A DNA stretch of 64,000 bases from Leptogorgia sarmentosa (GCA_964658305.1 OZ210885.1:5394001-5458000); one strand, 5' to 3'. Positions 25,439-40,172 are shown, counted from the stretch's first letter. The notes: a model not told the origin generated them from the sequence alone. Numbers and translations are program-made.

Positions 25439-28400
25439 TCACGACACCCGAGAATTCTTGCTGGTTAAATCTAAAGAGATAAAATGTGGGATTTGAACAA
25501 GTATGATAAACAATAACATATTGAATGAAGTCGAGTAGGGTGAGGAATTATTAAGGCAGAGGTTTTTTTTTATCAAACTGAGATAAGATGTTGGCGATAA
25601 CACAAACTGGATCTTGCTGTAGTAACAAGTGCGCATGCTGTAATTTGATTTGCTGTTCTGCTCACTATCTATTCCCCGATACAGGGACGTAGGAACGTTT
25701 TCAGGATGGGGGGGGGGGCGAATCTGACGCACGGCCCTTGTTTCCCCCTGCCCCGGTTCCTACGTCCCTGCCTCGATAAGATAGCCATCGGCAAAACAAA
25801 TGAATTTTTTTAAAGAAAATGTCTTCTGGCCCGCGTTTTGGAATTATTTTGTTCAATATTTCGCATAATGGCGTTTTTGTGTTCTGCGTGACTACAACTA
25901 CCAGCATACGTTTATGAAAATCGTAACGCAAAAGGACTGCAAATGCTCGCAACTCACCATCCATGCTAGGTGGCCTTGTGCCATTTTTATACTGCCCCAT
26001 CATCGCATCAAACATCTGTCCCTGTGCATAGTAAGCAGCATATTCGGGTGGTACGTTCCTTGGCATGCCATTAGCGATCATTGAGCCAGCCATATGATAA
26101 TTGTCACGTTGCACCATCTGCCGCTGCTGCTGTTGTTGCTGTAACAACATCATTTGCTGCCGTTGAAATTCCCCGTGGGAAGGATAGCCCGGGTACATAG
26201 TTCGTGGGTTAAACCCAGTAAGATCCTGGTTCATTACATTCCCCGGGGATCTCATGTTCATTAAAGATGAAATGCCAGTTGGCCGGTTTAGCGTGGACTG
26301 AATTGCTGGTGAAGGTTTTGAGAAAGTAGTATTTCCCATTGATTGAGCTTGAGATTCCGCTGGGCTTGCAAGACCAACCCCAGCCTGCGGGTGTCTAACT
26401 AGTGAAGACGGCAGCTGACTACGGGTATTATTCAGGTCCATGAACTGCGCAGGCGCATCGGCTGCTTGAAGATTCCCTAAATGCTCCGGCCGTCGACCCT
26501 GCGACATTTCCTGCAGTAATGTTGAGAACTTCAACTGCTCGTGATCGGAACGCTTCGTACGTTGGTCGTCATTGGCTATTAAACTAGAAACACTATACGG
26601 GTTGCTACGTTTCTCCCCGACGCGTGGTTGATTCACTTTCGAGGTGAGGTTCATGAAAACTTTACCCTCATCGGATTCGACAGTTACTGGAGGTGTTTTC
26701 GCCCGTCGGTTTTCTATTCCAACTGGACTATTAACGCTCTCCAAGCCACTAGGATTGTGTAATTTTTGCATTGCCGGATTTGGTTGTACGGATGGAAACG
26801 GGTTGGATTCGTTTGGTGGTGCTGGTCTACCTTGGTTCATGACAAATGGAAAGCGGAGATCGTCCTCGCTTGGTTGACCTGTGGAGGCCTTTATTACACC
26901 TGCAAAAATGGCGCAAGAATATTACATTGCTTGTTTGCAATCACGGGACTTTTTGGCCAAATGACGGGCAATTGAGCAACTTGCGCACGACTTTTCTCGG
27001 TATCTAAGTGCTTGTAGCAAGATAAAATGACAACACATCTATCTAAGACTTAAAGTGTCTCTAAATCTAAACATATCCGTAATGGATCGATTTTCACACA
27101 ACTTTCGCCCGTCCATTTATTAAATTTACGTACAACCAATTCAAATCAGTGAGAGTTTACAGGAAAAATTTTAGTTGTCAATTTTTGCTAGGAGCCAAAA
27201 GTTGGATAGAGAGCTTTCAAGCCGTTTCCCACTTGATGATTTTTTTGCCTATATCAAAACATGAATGTGACTGGCTGGTGTTGATGTCATCGGTGTTTGT
27301 CGCCAGCCAATCAAGTTGCTTTTTTCTCAGTTCGAGCGAAAAAACTCTATTTTTTGACAAACTGATGCTGGCACCACGTGACGTAATATATTTCAAAGGA
27401 GGTCAAATCTAAATTGAGACACATACCTGCTTCCTTGTGTGCGCTAACAGGAACACCACTGGTACTGACATTTTTATCATCAATATCATTCGCCAACTTT
27501 TGCGCTCCTTCTTGATTGCTGCCAGCCTGGTTCGTATGAACGGAGTCTTGCTTCTGCTCCAATGAGGTGGCCAGATTTGCAGGGGGCATACCATTAGCCA
27601 TGGCAGTGGGGGGTCTCCAGCCAGCAAGCATTTGCCTGCCACCAGGCATGACCGCGCCTGGATTTTGCCATGGGGTATTAGTTGATGCGAGGGGTTGTCG
27701 GGGATAAGGGTGGCTCATACCTCGATTATCCTGCAGTCGATTGTTCGTCCACATTGAAGTACTGGCTTCACCTGGGAAAATAGAGAAATGTCGTTAGTCA
27801 TATGCTAACCTCAACAAGCAGCAAAAGATTGCGCTCAATGCCCAAGCGATAAGATATGACTTGACGCTAATTCAAAAATTCCATTCTCATTGCATGCCTC
27901 AATTTCATTTTAATAAGACGAAAGTGTTCTGTATGTCACGTTTATTATATGGCTGAGATAAATGCCGCACGCTGATTGGTTGAGTAGCGGTCTGGAAAAA
28001 GTCATCTTGCCCGCTCAGGAAAGTCATCTTGCCCGCTCGTGAAAATATTGTACAAATAAAATTTTTAAGGAAACAAAATCTTATTATGCCGTACCGTGAC
28101 GATGAAACACTCTCCGATTGAATTTTACTGTCCCAGAAAAACACACGACCCAAAATGCTGAGCTTTAAAGTGAAAATAACGGCGAACAAAACAACAGTTC
28201 GAAAACTGTTGCGAACATATTTTTTACAGCACTTAATGGCTTCATTTCGCATCGAACGTTTGTTGTTTATCAGGAAATTTACATTATATTTTTTTATTCA
28301 ATTTTTTCCTTTGTTGTACTTTTGTTTTGTTGTTGTACAGCAGTGAACGGCCAGAAACAGCCATTAAGTATGCCAGTGTATACGGCTGAACGCGACGAAA

Positions 28401-31400
28401 GTGCTATTTATAACACATACCTTTCGTAGCGACAGGTGGTACATCACGTGCCATCCGAGGAGGGACATTTTGGTTAGGAAACTGAGCAGCACTTTGCGGG
28501 TTCATGCGCATTGCTGGATGAGGTAGGCCCATCATGGGGGGAAACATAGGAGCGGCGCCGCGTTGAAAATCATTCATATTAAACCTCGCGAAGGCGGGAT
28601 GGCCTGGGTACATCTGAGGAGGGTAGAACGGTTGACGCATGTACGGCATTCGTTGAAACGCCATGGGATCTTGCATCAAACGCGATACATCACTCGCCAT
28701 CGGGTTCATGCCGAAATGTTGTGCAAACAAGCCAGGATTTTGAAATCGTGGATCAGCCATGTTTTGATTCGAGCGGTGGATGTCTGCGGCTTTTACCAAA
28801 TCTTCCATTCCGTTTGCCTCGTTCGTTTTCTTTTTGTTTAGTTTACGGAGTTCAGATTCCGTGAGCTCCTCTTCGAAGTCATCGTCACTGGATTGATTGT
28901 CGTCATCGGGAAAGTGTTTTTTCATCTGTCGGTCAAAAACACTCTCCAATGTTTGAGCCATTTGAGTATAACCTTTTGGAAAGAAAAACTCGATTGGTTA
29001 ATGTTGTTAAAGATTGTAAAGCAGCGAGTAATATATTGTATGTAATATATGTAATATATTTATATGGACATACTGATCACGACGCTTATGGTATAAAAGC
29101 GACTGTGTGAATTAGAACAAGTCAGATATTATTGGCACTGATGAAGATCCGGGCTTACGGATCGAAAGCTTTGCGATAATAAAATTACGTGGTGTAAACT
29201 ACAAACTTTATAAATATTATCTTCACCATGCAAAAACTCAAAGAATTAATTATATCGGATTCGTTTCACTAATTTATCAAAGATTGACGATAAATTCGGA
29301 AGTTTTAGCTAAATCCGGAAATTTCTTTGGGAACTTGTATCCGAGGAAATGTGAATTTGAAAATTTCAATACGCTCCCTTTTTTACTATTTGTTATTAGT
29401 ATAAATTTTGGAGTGACAAGAACATTTCCTGGATTCTAATTGGTCCGACTTTCAGGCGATTGTCCCCCGCTACGAGGTGATTTAACATTTCTTCAAAATG
29501 GTGGCATACCTAATAGCCGTTATGAACGAAGATAGTGGAACATTTTGGGTGTTATAACACGCAACAAAGGACAAAAAAGACGAAAATTTCAGAAAAGGAC
29601 CTCACTAAGAACCTCAGACTCCCTGATTACAAGCTTATGTTCATGAAGCCGCACGTCGGCGACTAATTGTTGATAAGCATGACAAATTTAACAATTACGT
29701 AGCCCTAGTTTATACGTCACTCGAACTTTCGTCGTGTCAAATGCAATTCAAACAATAGATAATAAGTAAGACACCTCATTATGATTGTATTGTTTCAATT
29801 GCATCTGACGCGACGAAAGTTCGACATAAGAGCGACTGAATTCAAAAATTATGATTCAGGCATTGGGAAATGGCTGATAAACGTATAGGTTAAGGAAATA
29901 TTGCCAAAATCTTACTGCTTGTCTCTCCATTATATTCCAGGCAGTTATTGAACATAAGCTTCACGTCGGAAATAAACTATAAAAAAAACAAAAAAATATT
30001 AGTACTGCAAATTCGATACACCAGTTTAACCATAAATATTCATCACTATCCCTAAATATCCGTATTATGAAGGATGACAGAGCACATATGTACAGCAGTC
30101 GGAAATGAACATAACAACATGGCTCAGCAATCTCTTACTGTATACATGCATGTATACCTCTTTCAATCCTTTGTATTCCTTGGCGTCTATTTTCTTTTCT
30201 ATCGTTGATAAATCCATGGGATTCTACAGAAAATTAACAAACAATTGTTGAATATGGAGTGGTGGACAGCTTCATGTGACAGTGGCCTAACATGATATTT
30301 TGACCACTTCTTGTCATTCACGGCAAGTTAAACATGAAATTTAGTTAAGTAAATGTAAGGAAATGTTTGTTGGCAAGTACTTTTAAGGGGCTGTTAATAT
30401 GATATAGCTTCCCCGGGTTAAATGAAGCGTAAAATGATTTTGAGGTATTGAAATGAGTCATAGTTTATGATTTGAAGAAAATGTTTAATTCCCGATTGCT
30501 TAAGATTTTGTTCTCATGAAATGTCAAACAGTTAAAATGTTGTTGGTCATTAATTTTTGTAAAATATATCTTTTTTATTGATCAGTACCAGAAGTGACCT
30601 AACTTTGGTTGTTTCGTTTCATAAAATGACTCATTTCAATATCTCAAAATCATCGTACGCTTGAATCCCGGGTAAGCGGGACCATATAAACAGCCCATAA
30701 GGCTGTTTTCCACTTGTCGATTTTTTTCACGCGGACAACCAAAAAGAAAATATGATTGGGTGGTGATGTCGTCAGTGTTTGTCGCCAGCCAATAAAGTTG
30801 CTTTTTTCTCTGTTCGCGCGAAAAATTTCGCCTGGTGGAAAACAGGCTTAAGGCCGTTTTCCACTTCAACCGAATCATAACGTAACGTAGCGTATGTCAG
30901 TGTTTCCTGAGCAGTGAAGTAGATATGACTTTGACACAAAAGAAAATGCTCCGTTACGTTACGAATGAAGTGGAAAGCGGCCTTTAAGCCCCTTACAGAC
31001 GAGCAAGTTTTCTATGACAAGTTTTTATGTGACAAGTTTACTTTGCTCGTCTGTACGTCCCATTTTGCCAATTTTTTCTATGACAAGTGCACTTGTTGAA
31101 AAGCTAGCATGCTAGCTTTTGTACGGTCAACAAAGAAAACTTAATTTCAAAGTAAAATTGTTGACTTGTACAGACTGGCAAGAAACTTGTCACATAAAAA
31201 CTTGTCATATAAAAAATGTTGTGCATACACACGTACACTTGGCAAAGTAAACTTGCCACATAAAAACTTGTCATAGAAAACTTGCTCGTCTGTAACGGGC
31301 TTTAGAGAATCGTGAAAGAAAACGACGTTTCACATACCGTGACGATTTCAAAATAATGCGGCGCATAGGATTCTTCAACAGGCTCAAGGAATGGCCAACC

Positions 31401-34400
31401 ATCCTCATGGCTCTTTAAAGCATCGAGAACTACAGTGATCAAAGACAATTTTGAAAGGCACTTTTTTTTTAAGGATATTTTGACGGGACTCTATTAAAGC
31501 ATCGAGAACTACAGTGACCAAAGATATGAAATAATTTTGAAATTAAATAGCACTTTTTTGTAAGGATGTGAAAAGAACAAAATGTCACATTCTTGCATGA
31601 AATTTTAATTTATCAAAAAAATTCCCCAAAATACCCTACTCGACCTCATTCAATAATTGTTGAATATGACCAATTAATGTACATCATAACGTGGTGTATG
31701 CATGTGTCTTCGATATACGACCAAATTACGTCATAATGTCGTATACGTGTTTTGATGATGTCATGACTCTAAATTTGGGCAGCTACCGCTTGGATATGCC
31801 GATTTCACCCACCGTTGTCAACCAATAAGAACTATTGAATTATTTTCAATAAATAATAAAGTGATATTGGACGTTTACCTTTGTACATTCCAGTGAACAT
31901 GTCGACATCACCTTCAAATGCCCTGAAACATTGAATGAACAGCGATAAGCAAACTTCCTTCATGAAAAATACACATGTAAATATTTTGTGTTAAGTTTTA
32001 TGGTCATTTCCTTCTTCGTTGTTACTAGACCTCCTCCCGTATCTCAATGCAGTAGTTCTTATAATCACCATGCAGCAGAGAATGAACATGTAATGTTGAG
32101 ATTTTTTTGGGGCCAAGACGTGTTCATTTGTTACATGCAAATCGCCCTTCTGTGTTTTTGACAGTGTTGTTATACTTACTTGTCTAATTCATCCAGTTTT
32201 TTGTCGTCATCTTCTTCATCGTCGTCATCGTTTTTCTCCAATGACTGTAAGATTTCATCTGAGACATCAGCGCCACTCATGATCAACCATTGTCTTTCCT
32301 CGCGTAACCTTGCTCGCTCTGCCCGTTCTAAACAAACCCATTCAATTGTCATTTATTTACTGATACAGAGGGAAACAGTGAGTTTGGTGTTATTGTGATG
32401 TTACTCTGAGTATATATCCACACCAGGCAGGCTGAAAAATTAGCCTGGCCTTGGTGGGAATCGAACCCGCGACCTTTGGTTCACCACCTGCCCGGTGTGG
32501 ATATAATTATGCTCAGGGTAACATCACAATAACATTCTGCACCTGAGTACATCAACATCATTCATAAACAATCATATTATATCAGAAACTTACAGATATC
32601 AAAGAAACTAGTGAGTTCCGAAATATCATACATTCGAACCGACTTCATTTCGTAGCTCAGTTGGTAGAGCATTGGACTAGTAAACCAAAGGCCGCGGGTT
32701 CGATTCCCACCGAGGCCAGGCTAATTTTTCAGCCAGCCCGATTTGGATAGAGATATATATATCTACCCCTTATCACTTTCTAAAATTCGCAATATTTGCG
32801 ATGGTTTATAACCTACTTAATTCCTTCAATTTGACAATCCGCTCTTTGCTATGATGGTTTAACCTTCCCATTTTGAAGTTGTGAACAGTTTCAAATTTGA
32901 AAGTTACGTAACATATCCATAAACAAATACTATTGTCACCCAAGCGACGCATTTCCCTTCCCACGCTTCGAACGCATGGCATGCATTCTCGTCCCGCGAA
33001 AAATTTAACCCGCGGGATTATTTTGTTGTCCCGCGGGATAGAAATCCCGTCCCGCACGAGACTGTTAACTTTCCCGTGGTCGGTACGTATACTCAAAGTA
33101 ACATCACAATAACATTCTGCATCTGAGTACTGTACGTCATAACATCATTCATGAACATTCAAGTGAGTTTTGTGTTCCCGAGACGCTGTTGTGAAACGAG
33201 GCGAAGCCGAGTCGTATAGACAGGCCCATAGAGAGAGATCATAGAGAGAGATCATAGAGATAGATCATAGAGATAGATCAGTGAACAAACCTCGTTGTCG
33301 TTTCTCAGCCTGTATCTGGCGTTCTTTCTCTTTGGCTTCAGCTTCTTGTTTCTTTATTTCAGCCAGTCTTTCTTTCTCCTGTTGTTTCTCAATCTCAGCT
33401 TGTTTATCTTCCTCTTCCTTCTGCTGTGCTTTGATGGCAATCCTATCCGAAGACCTTCTTGGAGCCATTTCAACCAACATCTTCTTACGAAATGCCTTGT
33501 CCTATAAAACATATTATGTGCCTCATTAATTTCTTATCTTCTATTCGGCTATGCAATTTGGCTAATTGGCAATCACATGACTTCTCATCCAAGTGACGGG
33601 CAATTAAAAGACTTGTACACGATTTTTCTTAGTATCTGAGTGGTTGTAGCAAGATAAACTGATGGTAACACATTCATCAAGACTTAAAATGTCTCTAATT
33701 CTTAAAAAGTCTCTATTGGACCGATTCTCCTAATACTTGCCCATCAACTGAAATTCGAAATTCACGCCATTGGAAACAGCTAACTAGACAAACTTTTCAC
33801 TAAATTTAGCATTTCACAACATTTCGTGAGGAAACTTGGCATTTTACTTATTCTAAAATGTTCTTTCTAGTCACGGTGATGAATTTTGTTCTCCTCACAA
33901 ATGACAAAATTGTCATTGACAAGTGTACTGTTGAGAAACTGGCATGCCAGCTTTTGAACAAGTATACTTGCCAAATTAAATTTGTTAAATAAAATTTGTT
34001 CGTGGAAACGAGCCTTGTGGTTCATGAATTCTGATGGTTTTCGGAAGGGTAGGGAGTCACCTTGACATGCAAGTCAAACTAACCTTTGCCTCCAACATTC
34101 GAGTAATTTCAGCCAAGAAATCGACAGTGAGTGTTTTGTGCAGATTTTTTTCATCCTTATTGTGACTGTTGGAGAATTTTTCCGCCAATTCTTCCCACTC
34201 GTCTTTGGTTGAACAAACAAGCGACCACATTCGCTTACCATCTTCATTGCGTATTTCATCACATTCACTCTCTTCGTCAACACCATTCTCTTCTTGACCA
34301 GTCAAGCTATCAGAATCACTACAATAAAATGCAGGTAGTTAGAAATTTATACAAGGAGAAAATCGCTACGTTGCACACGAGCAAGTCTTCTATACATTAT

Positions 34401-37400
34401 GACAAGTTTTCTACAATATGCCAAGTTTTCTACAATATGCCAAGTTTTCTACAATATGCCAAGTTTTCTACAATATGCCAAGTTTTCTACAATATGCCAA
34501 GTTTTCTACAATATGCCGCCAAGTTTTCTACAATATGCCAAGTTTTCTACAATATGCCAAGTTTTCTACAATATGACAAGTTTTCTACAATATGCCAAGT
34601 TTTCTACAATATGACAAGTTTTATGTGGGAAGATATATTTGCCATCGTGTGTACGTATGTACGTACAACATTTTCATGAAAATTTTTTGGGGGCCATGAT
34701 AACAAAATGCAGTAATGCACAAAATGATGATAGTCCTCAAGTAATCAAGTGTTCAAATTCATTGATAAGTTTTCTTTGTTGACCCAATACAGACAACCAA
34801 AATTGGAAATTTGACAACCTTTTCTGACAAAGGCACTTGTCAAAGTTGGGCATACAGACGCGCAAACGTAACTTGCCATTTGAAGACTTGTCGTAGAACA
34901 CTTGGAAATTTATTAGGAGTATAATCCGAGAAGGACGAAATCTATCACATTCAAGTTTCACGCAATCTATCAACACCGTTGGAACAGACGTTGGAACAGA
35001 CAATTAGTAAAACTGTAGTAATCGTTTCGTCACGAGATGTTTTGTCCAGGTGATCTCGATACACGGAAAAGTACTGGGACTAGCTGTCAAATAGAAATCC
35101 ATTTTCGACCGAAACAACTGAATATCTCTCATAATATACTTTATTTCGATTCCATATTTTTGTCAGAGCTATAGTTCTCATAACCAAACATAATTACAAA
35201 ATTTCAAGTAGTTTCGTACAGAATAACGAAAGATATAATCGTGTGAATATAGCAAAATGGATTTCTATTCGGGCAACCCTTTCTGAGCGCTGATTGGCTG
35301 AAACACGAATACGAGATCATCTGGATTGCATGATGCCCGGAGAAGCATTACCACTTTTCGAAATGTGCTAACGCTTTCCCGCGGATTTTCCTACAAAAGT
35401 GTACAAAATTTGCAAACGTCACTACCTACTAACTATTTTCTTCATTTTACGACATTTTGTACTTAAACTTCACAGTTTTACCAAATGCAGGGTGCTGTTT
35501 CCAGCTGTGCTAATGAAATTTCCTAATTCAAAAGTTTGTCTAACAAGGGAATGGTCCATTGTCCTAGCATTGGAAATAATCTGATGTTTGAGACAAGACA
35601 TACCTGGATGTTGGAGATTCCGATTCAGAGCTTGAGTACTTCTTCATTTTTTTCTTCTTTTTAAATTTCTTTTTCTTTCGCTTCTTTTTCACCAGCTGTT
35701 TCTTCTTCTTGTCATTTGTCTCCTTGTTTGACTCCACGATGAACTCTTTATACAACCTTGTGCCGTAAAAATACCAGTACGTGTTCTTCTCTGCATCACG
35801 ACCCAGTGGTTCGACGCGAAGACTATCTGCCTCCAAACTCTAGTGGTGGGGATAAAGGGAAAATACTTAGCGAAGTGACAATACCCGACTTAGCTAATGG
35901 ACCGATTGCCTGATAGACAAAATGTTTAAAAAAGTTCGAAATAGTACAATTCATAATAACAGCGTTAAAGAGCATCCCAAAGTTAGTAAAATTGCAGAGT
36001 TTGGTTGCGAAATGTTGTAAAATGCGAAAAATATACCCCTGTGAAGTTTGCCAATTTTGTAGATTTTAGTATTACGCACGCAAAACTGATAGCCTTTTCT
36101 CGACAGGGGTATCAATTATACTATACTAAAATATACAAAATTTGCAAACTTTATAGGCTCATATCTTGCACATTTTACAACATTTTGCAACCAAACTCTG
36201 CAATTTTACTAAGTTTGGGATGCTCTTTAACGCTGGTATTATGAATTGTACTATTTCGAACATTTAAATTTTTTTGTCTATTATGCAATCGGTCCATTCA
36301 CAGCACGTTGCATTGTGGTTTTAGTGGTATCTCTGATATTCAATGTCTCAATTATTTATTATTTAGAAAACCTACGGCCAGGGCCCAGTTCTTCAAACCT
36401 AGGTTACCGCTAACCCTGGGTAAAATTTAACGATCAGAAATGAGAAGCGAAAGTTTGCACGAGAGTTCTGTCAACTCTCTTGCGCCAGTCAAACGAGGAT
36501 GAGAATTATTGAACCAGTTCTACTAAAGTTGACGAGAGTAGATAAGAGCGCATGTCAAACGCGAGTGAGTGTTTTTCCTAGCAATTTACGTTGCATTAAA
36601 TCACATTGCAATCACATTGGGTGCTTGTAAAACCAAGATTTCATTTCACTGGTGTTTTCAAAGTTGTGTAGTTGAAACTTTAAAAAGTATATGTTTAAAA
36701 TTAAACCTTAATTTCACTTGGCCCCATGATTCATTAACACAAATTACTAGCTTAAATTAACTGAAAATAATTATTCGAGCCCGGTTAATTCAAACCTAGG
36801 TTGGCGCTTAGGAAGTGAAAGTTTGCACGAGAGTTCTGTTAACTCTCTTGCGGCAGTCAAACGAGGATAAGAGTTGCAGAACCAATTCTATTAAAGTTGA
36901 TGAGTGGATGAGAGCTGGCAGTCAAACGCAAGTGAGTGTTGTTTGTTCATTGACTTTATAAATATAAAGTGCACAATCTGGAATAAGAAGTTAAGGTTAA
37001 CATTCCTAGCAATTTGTGCTGGAATAAATTTTACCCTGATCAATCACATTGGGTCCTTGTAAAACAAAAATTTGATTTCACTGGTGTTTTCAAAGTTGTG
37101 TTGAAACTTTGAAAAGTATGTGTGTGAAATTAAACCTTAAGTAATTTCACTTGGCCCTATTAATTTCATGCAATTATTAACACTATAAATAGATAGTACC
37201 TTTATATGATCAGGAACATCGTCGCAATCAAGTCTCCAGTCACATAAACCATTAAGAATCTCCACTTTCTCTCGAATTGTCAAGTCCCTAAAACATATTC
37301 ACAGTTGTTAAAATTTATTTGCTGCAGGCATATTGTTTAGAAACAACTTCCTAACAGCCACATTTGTAAAATATTTGACACCACTTCACAGTAAAACACA

Positions 37401-39694
37401 TAATGCATTGACTATTCTGACATACTATTGCTCTCTCATGTCTTCTTGGCTACTCTGGTTGGTATAATTGAATACAGAGCTCCCTTAAGGTGTATTCACG
37501 ACCCAACATTTCAACAGTGCAGTCTAGTGTCTTCATCAGGGATGATCTAAAGTTACAACGCAGCTTCTTATATACTCAGGGGATGATGCCATTTGCCAAA
37601 AAGGTCAATAAATAACTGCCACAACAGTATCTCCACCTTGCTGGCAAATGACATCATCTCTTGAGTATATAAGAAGCTGTGTTGTAACTTTAGATCATCC
37701 CTGATGAAGACACTAGACTGGAGTGTTGAAACGTTGGGTCGTGAATACACCTTGAGGGCGCTCTGTATTCAATTATACAAACCAGAGTAACAAGCAAGAC
37801 ACAAGTGATATTATACTTGGATGCCGTGAACAAACTAACAAACTAAACTGCTCTATTGAAATCTTTGTTTACAGACAGATTGACTAATTAAAATTTGTTA
37901 CTGTACATTATTAAAATTTGCCCAAATTGAAAATTCTGAATTCTTGGGCCAGTGGTTGTAAAAAATTATTCAAACAAATTAATTGTAGATAAATATATAA
38001 TGTGATGTTGCAGATTTTTGAATAATTTTTGCAGACTCAGGCACCTAAAAGACTTAACGACTTTTAGTTCAGGTGACAAAATATCACATTGATTATTAAT
38101 CCAGTGATTCATATCTATCTATATTATAGCAAAAGTTGCAAGTGTAAAATACAAGCAGCACAAGGGTTTCACTCACTACCTAAACAATGCAATAATGATA
38201 CTTTCTCCTTCTGAACAATGTGATGGAATAGATTACTTATTGTAAAGACATTTTGTAACTTGGAACACTTACAACTGATCAACTTCCTCACATCGTTCAA
38301 AGGAGAAAATCGCAAGAAAAAATGCCGGTTGTAAACAGGCTTTCAAAGGGGTCAACAAGTTTTAAGCTTTAAAACAATCTACTACAAATGAATTGTATCA
38401 ATAGTATAAACACCCACACCATACTATACAGTATATTGCATTTGAACTGAAATATATGCTACAGAAATAAGATATAAAATACCTAAGCTCAACTAAAAAC
38501 AAATAGTTTAGTTAAACCTACTTGTAACTTGTGCTTTCAAGGGGGTTTTTCCGTTTTAATCCGGGGTCATCATTCCATCGAACTTTCAAAACTTCAGACA
38601 GGTACGGTTCAAAATTGCTCGCACTAAAACAAAACATAACTGAATGTAAATTGCCCCCAATGCTTTTAACTAGAAATAAGGGCATTGAATGAAGCTTTTT
38701 TTAGATTAGATATCGCCACTTGCTCGCAAAAGAGCCGCGAGGATAAATTTAAATCGTATTAAACGTGAAATAATCGCTAGGATTTAAGAAGCCACCTCAA
38801 GCTCAATATATATACTTGACAAATTATTCAAGAGTTTCTTTTATCTGGTTTTCAGTCCTGCTTTTCGTGCAAATTAAAGCGCCGATTTGTGTCTTAAAAC
38901 AATGTATTTTTGTACAGTTACACGAGAAACTAATTCATCGATTGTATTGGGTATACAAACTATGAAATGTCCACAACTAGAAAATAATATTAGCGTTTAT
39001 AGTAATGGACAAATATATATTATAAACAGATGTACAATGACGAAGTGTCGCATCAAATGACCGCAGAATTTTGAGAGGATATACTGCAAAAAACCATTCT
39101 ATGTTCAAGGATGAAATATTATTTCATCTTCGAGATAAATAAAGACGAAAACAACGTACTTTATGTCTGCTTTCTTGCTAAACAATCCTCGCAGAAGTCG
39201 CGCATGAAGATCGGCCAGAAATCGACTTTCTTCTTGACCTCCCGATATCATCAAGGCATCTTCGAGGTCCTGTAGGGAAAAAAGTAAAAAGTCACCAGGA
39301 TTTAATGAATAGAACTTAAAAAAACACCGTAAACTTTGAAATAATCCGTCTGCAGGCGACGGCCAGTCGAAAAATATAGTACACATGACATGACCTTAGT
39401 TCGAATCTATAAAATGCCGGATTAATAACTTGGGAGAAATTGAACAACTGCTCAGATAATACAGCCTTGTAGAACCTTACCTCGATTTCAAAATCGGTCA
39501 GAGCGAAGGCAGATCGGAACAGCGAACAGAAGTGTGCAATACAAGGCACTTCCCACCACGAGCGAATTTCTACAGACAATAAAAACGCACTAATGATTAT
39601 TAAGAAAAAATAATAAGCACGACGAGGAAAAGGGTTAATTATATTATATGGATAAAATCACATTGAACGTAAAAAGTGAAATATTACCGTCCAT
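25439..39694 (-). CDS. CECR2: CECR2-like chromatin-remodelling regulator (DDT, WHIM motifs, bromodomain, long low-complexity C-terminus); multi-exon, last exon tentative
   Basis: Spliced [21 protein letters not shown] (DDT), [66 protein letters not shown] and PRRSSDRI. Bromodomain exons [45 protein letters not shown] lie at ~29-31.4 kb. Large exons at 28420-28972, 27427-27771 and 25958-26900. Confidence 0.88.
25682..25770. mobile_element. 89-bp hAT-type MITE
   Basis: TIR cagggacgtaggaac / gttcctacgtccctg, flanked by ccccgata / cctcgata (8-bp TSD, 1 mismatch). Confidence 0.75.
29135..29174 (+). ncRNA. Minimal type-I hammerhead ribozyme motif (Penelope-like element remnant)
   Basis: GCA-CTGATGA-A-GATCCG(ggctta)CGGATC-GAAA-GC-T-T-TGC: core boxes, 6-bp stem II, palindromic AGCT stem III and 3-bp stem I. 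Confidence 0.55.
30387..31301. mobile_element. Four different PIF/Harbinger-like MITEs stacked end to end in a CECR2 intron
   Basis: TIR pairs gggctgtt/aacagccc (~30387-30696), ctgttttccac/gtggaaaacag (~30700-30848), aggccgttttccacttc/gaagtggaaagcggcct (30851-30983) and agccccttacagacgagcaag/cttgctcgtctgtaacgggct (30987-31301), separated by TAA/TTA. Confidence 0.75.
32400..32745. mobile_element. tRNA-derived SINE-like repeat fragments in inverted orientation
   Basis: gtagctcagttggtagagcattggactagtaaaccaaaggccgcgggttcgattcccaccgaggccaggctaatttttcagcc (A and B boxes, no acceptor stem) has a partial reverse complement at 32430-32480. The related tail agtaacatcac..aacattct..cctgagtac recurs at ~33100 and ~45400. 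Confidence 0.55.
34398..34622. repeat. 19-bp minisatellite (gccaagttttctacaatat), about 11 copies
   Basis: Direct inspection. Confidence 0.95.
35896..36298. mobile_element. Long-TIR MITE in a CECR2 intron
   Basis: aatggaccgattgc...agcgttaaagagcatcccaaa...ttagtaaaattgcagagtttggttgc is mirrored at the right end (...gcaatcggtccatt). Confidence 0.75.
37450..37790. repeat. Inverted pair of Penelope-like terminal repeats, with a hammerhead motif at 37698-37738 (+)
   Basis: Inverted arms of about 145 bp. TCC-CTGATGA-A-GACACT(agactgg)AGTGTT-GAAA-CG-T-T-GGG on the plus strand, with a mutated copy on the minus strand at ~37501-37542. Confidence 0.65.
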
Positions 39695-40007
39695 TTGAGT
39701 CGAGAAACATACAAAACAACAACGAACAATGGCAAAATTGCCGAGAACTCCATTAACATCCGGGTATCGAGCTTCGTCCACTGAACTGAGAAACACTGGA
39801 CTGCTCGGTTATTTGATATGTGTAATGCAGATGCGGATAGCGAAGATGCGGGCAACCGGTATCCAAGAGCCAGTGGCTGCGATTGCAACTTTACAGTTTG
39901 CGCCGGTAACTTTGCATTATAAAGTAAATATATATTCTGTCAATGGAATTAGCTGTCTTTAAGGAATGCCATGACTGTCATAGTTACTGTATTTCTATTA
40001 TATACAT

Positions 40008-40172
40008 ACGGTGCTTTATACATTATATTCAATTTCAGTGCTTTTACATTATATTCGGTGCTTTATACATTATATTCGGTGCTTTATGCTTTATATTCGG
40101 TGCTTTTTACATTATAGTCGGTGCATTTCGCATCATATTCGGTGCCACTTTCTTTATATTCGGTGCTTTCTT
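40008..40172. repeat. 21-bp degenerate tandem repeat (attatattcggtgctttatac)
   Basis: Direct inspection, about 7 units. Confidence 0.8.

Noticed and set aside
25701..26840. 379-aa ORF as a standalone gene
   Set aside because: It is a large internal exon of the CECR2-like gene, and its tail reads through a donor into intron and MITE sequence.
32645..32720. Functional tRNA-Thr(AGT)
   Set aside because: There is no complementary acceptor stem, and it is embedded in a dispersed repeat with an inverted partial copy, so it is SINE-like.
34131..34679. 182-aa plus-strand ORF
   Set aside because: It is antisense to a CECR2 exon plus a translation of the 19-bp minisatellite.
36440..37160. ~300-bp diverged direct duplication in a CECR2 intron
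   Set aside because: Ordinary intronic repeat duplication with no coding or structural signal.
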